Part shown: positions 51,520 to 64,000 of the stretch, in pieces
Layout: each line of letters begins with the position of its first letter
How positions within the stretch are numbered: position 1 is the stretch's first letter
Assembly: GCF_009834535.1 (NCBI RefSeq)
Contig: NC_045696.1
Span: 43,154,001 to 43,218,000, forward strand
Direction: 5' to 3'
Length of the DNA: 64,000 nucleotides
From: Camelus ferus
Lineage: Eukaryota
Notes under the pieces: generated by a model
The model's input: only the letters and a program-made list of their open reading frames with translations
Databases searched by the model: none
What the model was told of the DNA's origin: nothing
Made by a program: the position numbers and the translations under genes

Positions 51520-52400
51520 TCCAAATCAATGTAAAATGGCAAAGGACTCAGGATAGCTAAATCAAGTTTGAAAATGAAGAAGAAAGCTGGAAGACTTACC
51601 CTACAATATTTCAAGAATTAAAATTATATGAATCCAGTGTGATAGTTGCATAATGATTGAAATACAAATCAGTGGAACAGAACAGAGGGTCCATAAATAG
51701 ATCTACACTTATATGGTTAATTGATTTTTCACAGATGTGCCAAAGCAATTAAAGAGAGAAAAGATAGTCTTTTCAATAAACGTTGCTGAAACAAGTAGAT
51801 ATCTGTCTGGACAGAAGAAAAAAAAGGAACCTCAAGTTTTACTTTCCACATACAGAGAAATTAATTTAAAATGGATCATGGTTCTTAATGTACAAACTAA
51901 AACTACTGAATTTTAGAGAAAAACATAAGAAATTTTTGTCATATTAGACTGTTTTCTCAAAAACCTATATCAAAAGCAAAAATTATACCTGAAATTACTT
52001 GATACAATGGACATCATCAAGATTAAAACCTTCTGTTTTTTACTTAATATAAGAAAATGGCAGGTCACAGAACAGGAAAATAATTTATAAAACAAATTTC
52101 TATCAAAGATCTTCTATCCAAAGTGCATAAAAAACTTCTATAATAAGAAGACTCATAACCCAATAAAAAATGTTGGCAAAATATTTAAACAGACATCTCA
52201 AAAAAGAAGATGTATAAATATAGTCTATACTAAAAAGAAGTACTCATCACTGGTCATCATATAAATACAAATTGAAACTACAATGATATGTACACACAAA
52301 AAGCAAAAGTAAAAATACTGACACAACGTAGTTTGGGGAAGGATGTGGAGCCACAGCATCTCTCATTCTTTGCTGAGTGGGATTCAAAATGGTACAGCCA
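51520..52400 (+). mobile_element. Old L1 ORF2 3' region
   Basis: Degenerate ORF2 sequence (cagtggaacagaacagag, aattgatttttcacaga). Confidence 0.8.
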
Positions 52401-52401
52401 A

Positions 52402-54395
52402 ATAATCGAAGAATTCAGCAAGGTAGCAGGTTACAAGATTATGTTCAAAAATCAGTTGCATTTCTTTACACTAATGATGAATCAACAGGAAAAGAAAGTA
52501 AAGAAACAATCCCCTTTAAAATAGCACCCAAAGTATAAAATACCTAGGAATAAATCTAACCAAGAAGGTGAAAGACTTATACATGGAAAACTATGAAACA
52601 CTGATTAAGGAATTAAAGAAGACTTTAAAAAATGGAAAGATATCCCATGCTCCTGGATTGGAAGAATCAATATTGTTAAAATGGTCACACTGCCCAAGGC
52701 AATCTACAGATTTAATGCAATCCCTATCAAATTACCCAGGACATATTTCACAGAACTAGAACAAATCATAATACAATTTATATGGAACCACAAAAGACCT
52801 AGAATTCCCAAAGCATTACTGAAGAAAAAGAAAGAGGCTGCAGGAATAACTCTCCCAGACTTCAGACAATACTATAGAGCTACAGTCATCAAGACAGCAT
52901 GGTATTGGTACAAAAACAGACATATGGACCAGTGGAACAGAATAGAGAGCCCAGAAATGAACCCACAAACCTTTGGTCAACTAATCTTTGACAAAGGAGG
53001 CAAGACTATACAATGGAATAAAGACAGTATCTTCAGCAAATGGTGTTGGGAAAACTGGACAGCAGCATGTAAAGCGATGAAGCTAGAACACACCCTTACA
53101 CCATACACAAAAATAAACTCAAAATGGATCAAAGACTTAAACATAAGGTAAGATACAATAAACCTCCTAGAAGAAAATTTAGGCAAAAAATTATCTGACA
53201 TCATCTCAAAAATATTCTCCTAGGGCAGTCTACCCAAGCAATAGAAATAAAAGCAAGAATAAACAAATGGGACCTAATGAAACGTACAAGCTTCTGCACA
53301 GCAAAGGAAACAATAAGGAAAACAAAACAACAACCTACAGAATGGGAGAAAATTTTTGCAAATGAAACCGACAAAGGCTTGATCTCCAGAATATATAAGC
53401 AGCTCATACGATTTAATAAGAAACAACCAAACAACCCAATACAAAAATGAGCAGAAGACCTAAACAAGCAATTCTCCAAGGAAGAAATACAAATGATAAA
53501 TAGGCACATGAAAAAATGCTCAATATCACTAATTATCAGAGAAATGCAAATGAAAACTACAATGAGGTATCACCTCACACCAGTCAGAATGGCCATCATT
53601 CGAAAGTCCACAAAGGACAAATGCTGGAGAGGCTGTGGAGAAAAGGGAACCCTCCTACACTGCTGGTGGGAATGCAGTTTGGTGCAGCCACTGTGGAAAA
53701 CAGTATGGAGATTCCTCAAAAGACTAGGAATAGACTTACCATATGACCCAGGAATCCCACTCCTGGGCATACATCCAGAAGGAACCCTACTTCAAAATGA
53801 CACCTGCTCCCCAATGTTCATAGCAGTACTATTTACAATAGCCAAGACATGGAAACAGCCTAAATGTCCACCAACAGATGACTGGATAAAGAAGAAGCGG
53901 TATATTTATACAATGGAATACTATTCAGCCATAAAAACTGACAACATAATGCCATTTGCAGCAACATGGATGTTCCTGGAGAATGTCATTCTAAGTGAAG
54001 TAAGCCAGAAAGAGAAAGAAAAATACCATATGAGATTGCTCATATGTGGAATCTAAAAAACAAAAACAAAAACAAAAACAAACAAACAAAAACAAAGCAT
54101 AAATACAGGACAGAAATAGACTCACAGACAGAGAATACAGACTTGTGGTTGCCAGGGGGGTGGAGGGTGGGAAGGGATAGACTGGGATTTCAAAATTGTA
54201 GAATAGATAAACAAGATTACACTGTATAGCACAGGGAAATATACACAAAATGTTATGATAACTCACAGAGAAAAAAATGTGACAATGAGTGTGTATATGT
54301 CCATGAATGACTGAAAAATTGTGCTGAACACTGGAATTTGACACAACATTGTAAAATGATTATAAATCAATAAATGTTAAAAAAAAAAAAAAAAA
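52402..54395 (+). mobile_element. Young 5'-truncated L1 (about 2 kb)
   Basis: Long ORF2 pieces 52681..53151 and 53493..54056, 3' UTR, long A tail. Confidence 0.97.
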
Positions 54396-54699
54396 GAAAG
54401 ACAAACTATAGTGACAAAGAGCAGATCAATGATTGCCTGGGGCCGGGTCTTTAAAAAAGATTGATTTCAAAGCAAGAATGAAAAATATTTTATGGTTTGG
54501 AAATTGTTCTTTGATGGTAATGATGGTTACTCAATTTTACACAATTACCAATTTCAATAAATGTTACATGTAATACTGGTAAATTTTATTGTATGTAAAT
54601 AATACTGTAATAAACAGAGGACAAAAGCCCAAAATATCAATATATTTCACAACATTAACACAGAAAGGATATGAAAAATAGCATTACCTGATAGCAAGA

Positions 54700-57270
54700 C
54701 TTACCAGTTAGTAATGGAAGAGAATTAGAGCCACCACAAAATGAAAGTGAAGAAAAATTACAGCAAACACCATATTTAATGGTGAAATATCGTCATATAT
54801 CCTCAGATTTGGAATAAACAAGGATGATCATTATTACCACCTTGAGTCATTTTTATTACACTGGAGACCCAACAGTTAAGGAAAAGAAATAAAAGAATAT
54901 GGATTAGAAGGAAGACATAAAACTCATTATTTGCAAATTTAATAGCTGAATACATAGGAAACCGAAAACAATGTGTAAACATTTAGAAAAAAATAATTAA
55001 AGTTATCAAGGTCCTTGTATACAAAGTCAATACACAAAAAGCAATCCTGCTCTACCCAGACAGAGTAACACCCTTTGCCCTAGCTCCTCCCTCTCACAAC
55101 AACAACAAACATAAAACACTATAAAACCCGGATGTAACATAACAAGCAAATTTAGGAAAGCTCTAAAAAGGTACAAAGAAAAAGGCCAACAGCCTAAGCA
55201 CCTTGAGACTCCAGGGACGACAAGGAGGTGAGTTCCCTGTTTCTTTTTGCTTCCCATGCATTCCAAATGAGCCACTGCAGAAACCTCTAACCTGGAACAG
55301 CTGACAGGCACAAAGAGGGAACAAAATCCCCAAGAAAAGCTTGTCCCTTTCAAGCCAAAACATCAGGGAAAAGACCACCTAACAAGAGAAAACTTTTTTG
55401 GCAAAACCCACCCTCCTCCAACTGAACACTAAAGGAAAACACATGCCTTGCTCCTGTGGTTCCAGTTTCTGATGAGGATTGAACTTCCACACACAGCGGG
55501 AAGGATGTACCAGTGCTCCCGTTATCCCACTAGGTGGCGTTGGCAGGGTGGAGCAGGAGCTTACTTGAAAGTGCTCAGATCCACCCGCCTATTCACCAGA
55601 GGATTGAGTCCCTGCATGAGCAGGGACTAACCTTCCTGGTGGAAGTCAGCTACCGGGTTAGTGTTGGCAGCACCTAGCAGGCAGGTTATCTTCCATCCTC
55701 TCCTACCCACTGCGCAGTTCCCCTGCTGGGATAGCGTTAGCAGTGCTGAGCTGAGAGCTAATTACCCCTCTCCTACCCAGCAGAAGCAGCAAGTATTCTT
55801 AATTCCCCTTCCCAAGGAGACTCAGTGAGCTTACCTGCTATTCCCTGCCTGACAAAAGCAGGAGTGCTCATATTTGCCCATAAATATGCTGTTAGTTGAG
55901 GAGGATCCAGTGGTGAGGTGAACCATCACCCCTAGTCAGCAGCAGTGAGGCAGAGGAGGCGCTGGATGGGGGAACCAGTGAGCACTCTCCTTCCACCCTC
56001 CCCTCTCTTGGTCTCAGTAGTAGGAAGCTGAGCTTCTGCTTGCAACCTGCAGCCACTCAGCACATCAGTCAGTCTTCTGATCCCCCTCCTTGGTGCCAGT
56101 AGGGCTCAGTGGGAAATTGAACGTACACATTCACCCAGCCCTTAACACTGCAGCACAGCAGAACTGCCTGTCTAAGGACAGAAAATCAACAACATTATAG
56201 AACTCAATAAAATCATCAACCAATAAAATCTAGTCAACACATATGGAATATTCTACCCAACAACACAGAATATACATTCTTTTTAAGAACCTGTGGAACA
56301 TATGCAATGATATCCTATATCCTGGGCCATAAAACAAACTTCAATAAATTTTTTAAAAAATTGATCTAATGCAGAATATGTAAACTTAACATAATGGAGT
56401 CAAATCAGAAATCAATAACAGACAGCAGCAGAGAAATTTCAAAACACTTGGAAATTATACAGGGCAATTCTAAATATTGCTTGGGTCAATGACGTATTCT
56501 CAAAGGAAATTTTTAAAATACAAAGAAGTGAATGAAAATGAAGACATAACATATCAAAATTAATAGAATGCAGCTAAAGCACTGCAGAGGGATTTTATAG
56601 AACTAACACTTATATTGGAAAAAAGTTCTCAAATCAAAATATAAGTCTCTGCTTTAAGAAACTAGAAAAAGAAGAGCAAAATAAACCAAGATAAGAATAG
56701 AAATAAAATAATAAAACTAAGAACAGAGATCAATAAAATTGAAAATAAGAAAATAATTTTAAAAATAATGGAACAGAGATGGCCCCAAAATGTAATAAAA
56801 TTCATAAAACTCTGGCAATTCTGAGAAATATAAAAACAAAGACACAAATCCTCAACATCAGAAATGAAACAGGGAATATCACTAAAGATCCTGCAGCCAC
56901 TAAAAAAGAATAATGGAATAATATTAACTATTTTATGTTCATAAATTTGACAACTTAGAATTTGAACCAGTTCTTCAAAAAACTAAAAACTATCAAAACT
57001 CAACAACAACAGATTATCTGAAATAGATCATCTGAACAGTTCTGCTAACATTAAGAAATAGGAAATAGGATATTGAAATCAAATACTTAAAAGGCTCCTC
57101 TAAAGAAATCTTCAGACACAGGATTTCAGTGGAGAATTCCACCAAACATTTAAAGATGAACTAGCACCAATTTTATAAATCTCACTTCCTGAACAGAGGA
57201 GGATGGAATACTTCCCAGTGCATTTTAGAAGGTAGTATTACCTTGAATACTAAACAAAAAGCAGACAATT
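54700..57270 (+). mobile_element. Old L1 fragments (RT piece, 5' UTR-like GC-richer block, ORF2 N-terminal half)
   Basis: Degenerate L1 motifs; boundaries approximate. Confidence 0.7.
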
Positions 57271-57339
57271 AAAAAATAATGAAACCAAAACAAAACAAAC
57301 ACAAGAAATAAAAAGAAAACTAGACTTAGAGAAAAATTT

Positions 57340-59305
57340 AATAAATATTAAAAATTATAAAACCACAAAAAGAAAAACAAACAAACAAAACAAAGAAGAA
57401 ATTTCAAATCAACTGGAAAACAAAGTTCAAAATGGCAATAAACACATCTATCAATAATTACTGTAAATGTCAATGAACTAAATGCTCCAATCAAAAGACA
57501 TACAGTGGCACACTGGATAACAAAGCAAGAGCTTACAATATGCTGCCTATAAGAGACCCACTTTAGGGTGAAGGACACACATAGATTGAAAGTGAGAGGA
57601 TGTCATAAGCAAAACAAAATTAGAACCTATGGAATGGGAGAATATTTTTGCAAAAGATGAAACTGACAAAGGATTGATCTCCAGGATATATAAGCAGCTC
57701 ATACAACTTAATAAGAAACCACCAAACAACCCAATCCAAAAATGGGCAAAAGACCTAAACAAGCAATTCTCCAAGGAAGACATACAAATGATCAATAAGC
57801 ATGTGAAAAAATGCTCAATATCACTAATTATCAGAGAAATGCAAATCAAAACTACAATGAGGTATCACCTCACACCAGTCAGAATGGCCGTCATTCAAAA
57901 ATCCACAAATGACAAATGCTAGAGATGCTATGGAGAAAAGGGAACCCTCCTACACTGCTGGTGGGAATGCAGTTTGGTGCAGCCACTGTGGAAAATAGTA
58001 TGGAGATTCCTCAAAAGACTAGGAATAGACTTATCATATGACCCAGAAATCCCACTCCTGGGCATATATCCAGAAGGAACCCTACTTCAAAATGACACCT
58101 GCTCCCCAATGTTCATAGCAGCACTATTTATAGTAGCCAAGACATGGAGACAGCCTAAATGTCCATCAACAGTTGATTGGATAAAGAAGAAGTGGTATAT
58201 TTATACAATGGAATACTATTCAGCCATAAAAAACGGTAACATAATGCCATTTGCAGCAACATGGATGTCCTTGGAGAATGTCATTCTAAGTGAAGTAAGC
58301 CAGAAAGAGAAAGAAAAATACCATATGAGATCGCTCATATGTGGAATCTAAAACAAACAAACAAACAAACAAAGCATAAATACAAAACAGAAACAGACTC
58401 ATAGAATACAAACTTGTGGTTGCCAAGGGGGCAGAGTGTGGGAAGGGATACACAGGATTTCAAAGTTGTAGAATAGAGAAACAAGATTATACTGTATAGC
58501 ACAGGGAAATATACACAAGATCTTATGGTAGCTCACAGAAAAAAAAAATGTGACAATGAATATATATATGTTCATGTATAACTGAAAAATTGTGCTCTAC
58601 ACTGGAATTTGACACAACATTGTAAAATGATTATAAATCAATAAAAAATGTGAAAAAAAAAACCTAAAAATGGATTTACCATATGATCCAGCAATCCCAC
58701 TCTTGGACATATATCCAGAGGGAACTTTAATTCAAAAAGACACCTGCACCCCAGTGTTCTAGCAGCATGACATGGAAACAACCTAAATATCCATCAACAG
58801 ATGACTAGATAAAGAAGTTGTGGTATATTTATAAAATGGAATACTACTCAGCCATAAAAAGTAATAAAATAATGCCATTTGCAGCAACATGGATGGACCT
58901 GGAGATTGTCATTCTAAGTGAAATAAGACAGAAAGAGAAAGAAAAGTACCATATGATATCATTTATATGTGGAATCTAAAAAAAAAATGAGACAGATGAA
59001 CTTATTTATAAAACAGAAACAGACTAACAGACATAGAAAACAAACTTATGGTTGCCAAGAGGAAAAAGGGTGGGGGTAAAAATTGGGAGCTTGAGATTTA
59101 CAGATACTAACTACTATATATAAAACAGATGAACAAGTTTATACTGTATAGTACAGGGAACTATATTTAATATCTTGTAGTAACTGATAATGAAAAAGAA
59201 TACAAAAATGAATATATGTATGTATATGTATGATTGAACAATCATGCTATACACCAGAAATTGACACAACACTGTGAACTGGCTATACTTCAATAAAAAA
59301 AATTT
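57340..59305 (+). mobile_element. Composite L1: ORF2 start, then a young 3' piece with A tail, then a second 3' end
   Basis: ORF2 start atggcaata... near 57432; ORF2 C-terminal piece 57601-58660; second copy of the terminal region 58661-59305. Confidence 0.9.
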
Positions 59306-59389
59306 AAAAATAAATATATTCAAAATCAAATCCAGCTATTTATAAATATAAAGTAGTATTCAACTAAAGCAGTAGACTTTTAGAGAAAT

Positions 59390-61490
59390 AAAAGGCATTC
59401 ATATTGTAAAGAAAGAAATCAAACTCTATTTTCAAACGACATGATCTTCTATGTAGACAATCTCAAAGAATATTAAAAACAAACAAAAATCTCCTAGAAC
59501 TAATAAGTCTAGAAAATTCATAGGAAACCAAATCACATATTAAAACCAATCATACTTCTACATACTAAAAGTGCACATGTGGGAAGCCAAATTAAAATTA
59601 TAATACCATATGCAGTTACTCGAAATACAATAAAAAACTGAATTATACACTTAATTTAACAAAACATGAACAGAACTTGTATGCTAAAAGACACAAAATG
59701 CTGACAAATTCAAAGAACCTCTGAATAACTGGAGAGACATACTGTATTCAAGGATTGGAAGACTTAAAATAGCAAAGATATCTGTATCTTTGGCCTTGGT
59801 CTATAGGTTTAATACCATTCCTATAAAATTTTTAGGGATGTTTTTAGTAGACATAGACAAGATCATTCTGAAATGTATAAGGCTAGGCCATAGGCCCTAG
59901 GATAATCTTCTAAAATTTTGAAAAAAGTGAGGGGTCTCATTGTATTTAGAACTATATTTAGGATATTTAGGACTATAATATAGTTACAGTAATCAAGACA
60001 ATTACTATAACAATAGACACATAAATGAATGGAAATGAATAGAGAACCTAGCACTACACTCACAAATATGTCCAGCTGACTTTGACAAAGGTGTTAAAGT
60101 AAGAATAGATGTTTTAACAAATGGTGTGCAATCAACTGGTATCCATAAAGCAGGCAGGCATAGATACAATATATACATACTTAAATAGTAGTCTGATCCA
60201 AAACTCACATCTTATACAAAATTTAACACAAAATTGACTATAGATTTCAATGTAAAACTTACAAAATTAAAAAAAATATAGGAATAAATCTTTGGAACGT
60301 AGGGTTGGGCAAAGAATGTTTAGTTCTGACACCAAAACATTGTTCTGTAAGTAGTAATAAACTGAGCCTTATAAAAGTAAAATGTTTGCTGCATGAAAGA
60401 CTGTTTATAGGATGAAAAGAAAAGCTAAAGACTGGTTAATAATATTTTTAAACGTCATATCTGATGAAGGACTAGTATTTTGACTATAAAATGAAGTCTT
60501 AGAACTTATAAGTAAAAAATCAAATAATCCAACTATAAAATAAGCAAAAGACAAACTTAAATTTCACTGAAGAAGATATACAGATGGCAAATAAGCACAC
60601 AAAAAGATGTTAAACATCATTATCCACCTGGGAAATGCTAATTAAATCACAACAAGATATCGCTATACACCTATTAGAAAATAAAATTTAAAAAGTGACA
60701 AAACCAAATGCTTGTAAGGATGCAGAGAAACCAGATCACTCATACATTGCTGGCAGGAATGTAGAATGATACAGCTACCCTGTAAATTAGTTTGGCACAC
60801 TTTGTAAAACTGAATATACAAATGTCATATGATTTTGTAATTGCATTTTTGGATATTTATCTTAGAGCGATTAAAATTTAGGCTTACAAAAAACTGTATA
60901 CCAGTGTTCATAGCAGTTTTATCTGCAATAACCTCAAACTGGAAACAACCCAGATGTCTTTCAAGTGAGCTAATAAACATATATACCATGTCATATTACT
61001 GAAGCAAAAAAAAAAAAAAAAAAGACAGATTATTGATACATGCAATGATTTGGATGAACCTGCAGGAAATTATGCTAATGAGATAATAAACAAAAAAGAA
61101 TACATACTTTATGATTCCATTTATATGACATTCTTACAATGACAAAATTATATTAATGTAGAATAGATTATTTTGTTGCCATCAATAAAGGATATGAACA
61201 AGAAAGTAAGTAGATGTGGCTTTAAAAGTAAAATATCCTGAGCCAAAAAGTGCATATTGTATACTTCATACATATGAAGTTCAATAAAAGGCAAAACTCA
61301 CTTACATTATTAGAATTTAGAATAGAAGGTGCTTAGTGATGTCACAGGTGCAGAGGGGGTTTCTGGTGTTCTGATAATGATATGACTTTTATTTTGAATG
61401 CGATTATATTTGCTTGATGTGATCTATTTGGGAAAATTCATCAAGCTACACAAATATGGGCACATTTTTGTGTATGTGTTATACTTTAAC
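59390..61490 (+). mobile_element. Old L1 (L1MC/ME-like) ORF2 3' half and 3' UTR
   Basis: Degenerate ORF2 from the FADDM-like region onward. Confidence 0.8.
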
Positions 61491-61616
61491 AAAAACTGTT
61501 TCAGTATAAATATGATTGTGTAACTCAATAATTAAGATAGTTACAAATAGACATCATGGTTAAATTCATCATTGACCTTCTTAATGTTATATAACTCATC
61601 AGGCTATAAAAACATA

Positions 61617-61667
<51 letters not shown>
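61617..61667. repeat. (CT)n(CA)n microsatellite
   Basis: About 21 CA units; shorter (CA)n tracts also near 33610-33636 and 38407-38427. Confidence 0.95.
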
Positions 61668-61669
<2 letters not shown>

Positions 61670-63199
61670 CATTTTACAGTTCAAATTGCACTGTGTATTG
61701 TGTAAACTTTATCCCAGAAAATCTACATGACCTTGGATAACTTAAGCTCTCTAAATTCCTGTCTCATTTTTGAAAGAAGAGAATTAGATTGACATCTCTA
61801 AAGTTCTTCTCATCATTCAGAAGCTATGTTTACAAATCTTACTGTTTATATAAGCTGTTTGCAAAATATTTAAAATGCAACACCTATTTAATTCATTTTA
61901 TAGCCTAAAATTTTAAATATTTGAGTAAAATTTTAAATGGCCCTGTATTTAAATGTATTCTGTTTTATACCATGTTACTTTCCTTGAAGATTTGATTTAA
62001 AGAAATGATTTATGTTTCCTACCGTGAAAGAACCATGAATTACGTATCAGCCAACGCGATGTGTCACTTTCATTCTAGTTCTGACACAAAGCAGCTTTGT
62101 AACCTTGAATAAGTCACAAAAACTTTTTTGCCTCAGATTCTTAATTCTTCAAATGAGTAATGTATCTTCTCATGGGTGGTTAAATGAGAAAACACAATGA
62201 ATTAAATTCTGTAGAGCAGTTCACAAATGCAAACATAGTTACTATTACTACATCATTATTATAGGTCTCCATATCAGTTTCTGATTTTCTCCATTTTAAG
62301 GGAGAGAATATAGAGTGATGGTACTTAGATGCACATGCATGCACATGCATACACCCTTAATTAGGTAGCGGGAAAGGTAAGGAGGTGCATTTATTTCCTT
62401 TTTATACTACAGCTGTGCTCATTGCCCTTCCATTACTGTCCCTTCTTTTCCCTCCCATGGGGCAGTGGAGATAAGCTCCTGTTGATAGTTCATGAATGTC
62501 AATTTATACACCCCGGGGGCAGGGCATTTTCAGTGGACTGTCCCCAGTGTTGGAACTTCCTGCTGCTCATGCTTGTAGAGAGCCCATGTTTAAACCTACA
62601 GGCCAATGTGTAAATCTGTTTTAGTTCCTTTATACAGAAGACCTGTGGGTATTTCAAAACATAAATGCATTAAATAGGTATTTATCCAACGTCACAGATG
62701 TTAAAACTAAGAGGTTTTCCCAGGGACAAGTAAAGTGAATGAGACGGCAGAGACTGGGGCTGCATTTCCACGTGTGGGGCCCTCCACGAGTGTTCAACAG
62801 GCAACACATAAGTAGAAAAGATACCGCACTGTGAAAAGGAAGATGCGCATGTGCGTGAGGAGAGGCACTGAAGTGCAGTCCCCAAGATGCTTATGGCTGT
62901 TTTCTCAAAGTGTTGGGGTTTCAATCTGTGTTTACTTCCTTCTCTATACTTTCTTCTCTATACTTTCATACAGTTGCAATTATTTCACAATTAGTATATA
63001 ATTAGAAACTACATAAAGAAGCTATTTTTAGACTGAAAAAATACTAATGCTATTTCAATACAATCCAATAGCTTTACAATAAATAGTTTTATGGAGTTTT
63101 ATAAAATCTATTATACCAACTATTTAAAGAGTAATTAAAAGTAAGAAATGATTGTTTGGGCTGTGCGTATTCTCCAGATAGTGAAATGGTATATACCTT

Positions 63200-63660
63200 T
63201 TTTCCTTGTCCTCTAAAGGCAACCCTGACTTGAATTGGTTTTCATAATTCTCTTGCTTTTCTTTACTGTTGAATTATGTATGGATATATTCCTAAGAAGC
63301 ATATCATTTAGTTTTGCACTTTTAAATTTTATATAAAGCAGTTCACTCTGTATATAAGTTTATGTAACTTTTTTTTTTTCATTCAATCTTATCTGTAAGA
63401 CTTGACCCCCTAGATAACATGTAACACTCCTTGTTTCTTTTTATTGCTGAGCAGTGGCCCTTTGAAGGAATAGAATACATTTTATTTATCCATTCTACTG
63501 CCAATAGACAAAGAAAGGGATTTCTTTTCTAGTACTAAAAATGCTGCTGAAATAATTATTCTACAGATATTCTCATGCACATGAATAAGAATTACCTTAT
63601 ATTACATGTGTAGATTGGCTGTACTGGGTCAGAGGATATGGTCAATTTCATAGTCATATG
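63200..63660 (-). mobile_element. Old L1ME-like 3' region
   Basis: tttatttatccattctactg, aatgctgct...att motifs. Confidence 0.6.
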
Positions 63661-64000
63661 CCTGTTATCTACTATACTGTTCCTCACTGAGTTGATTTTC
63701 ACTACTGTATCTTTCCTATAGCATTATATTCTGATTATATTTTTATGATTTTTTAATGTTATATTTTTGGGGTATATATTTTTTTCCTTTTCTGAATACT
63801 TAGTTCAGATGCATAGGGGATAAGCAGTTCGTCTTCATTTCTAATACAGAGCTAAGGTTTCAAATGCCCTTAAAACACTGAAGTAGCTACATCCTACAAG
63901 TTTTGATATGCAGAAATTTTTTGTTTCATTTGTTTGTAAATATGTTAGCATTTACAAATGAATTTTAAATTTAATAATCATATGTATGTGTAATTATACT

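Noticed and set aside
45311..58351. Longest ORFs (138-187 aa) as host genes
   Set aside because: They are L1 ORF1/ORF2 fragments; no full-length intact L1 is present.

Overview
AT-rich mammalian DNA. The L1 3' ends are cetartiodactyl-type, and the lack of recognisable ruminant or pig SINEs points tentatively to a camelid. There is no intact protein-coding gene, RNA gene or CRISPR array. The right half (about 31.6-64 kb) is mostly L1, L2, MIR, LTR and Tigger debris. The left half (about 0.9-31 kb) contains, between repeats, a series of minus-strand exon-like blocks, most with polypyrimidine-AG acceptors and GT donors. Their frameshifted, stop-containing translations resemble, in transcriptional order: PHD finger, PHD finger, about three BEN-like segments (BEND3-like), an F-box, an HMGXB3-type Cys knuckle, and a roughly 2.2-kb block collinear with the CxC4/SAP/KDZ (Zisupton-type) transposase region of HMGXB3. 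I read this as a long-dead, spliced, transposase-derived chromatin/ubiquitin-ligase gene (probable unitary pseudogene) that matches no gene I can name. All domain calls were made by eye against remembered sequences and consensus motifs and need profile-search confirmation.
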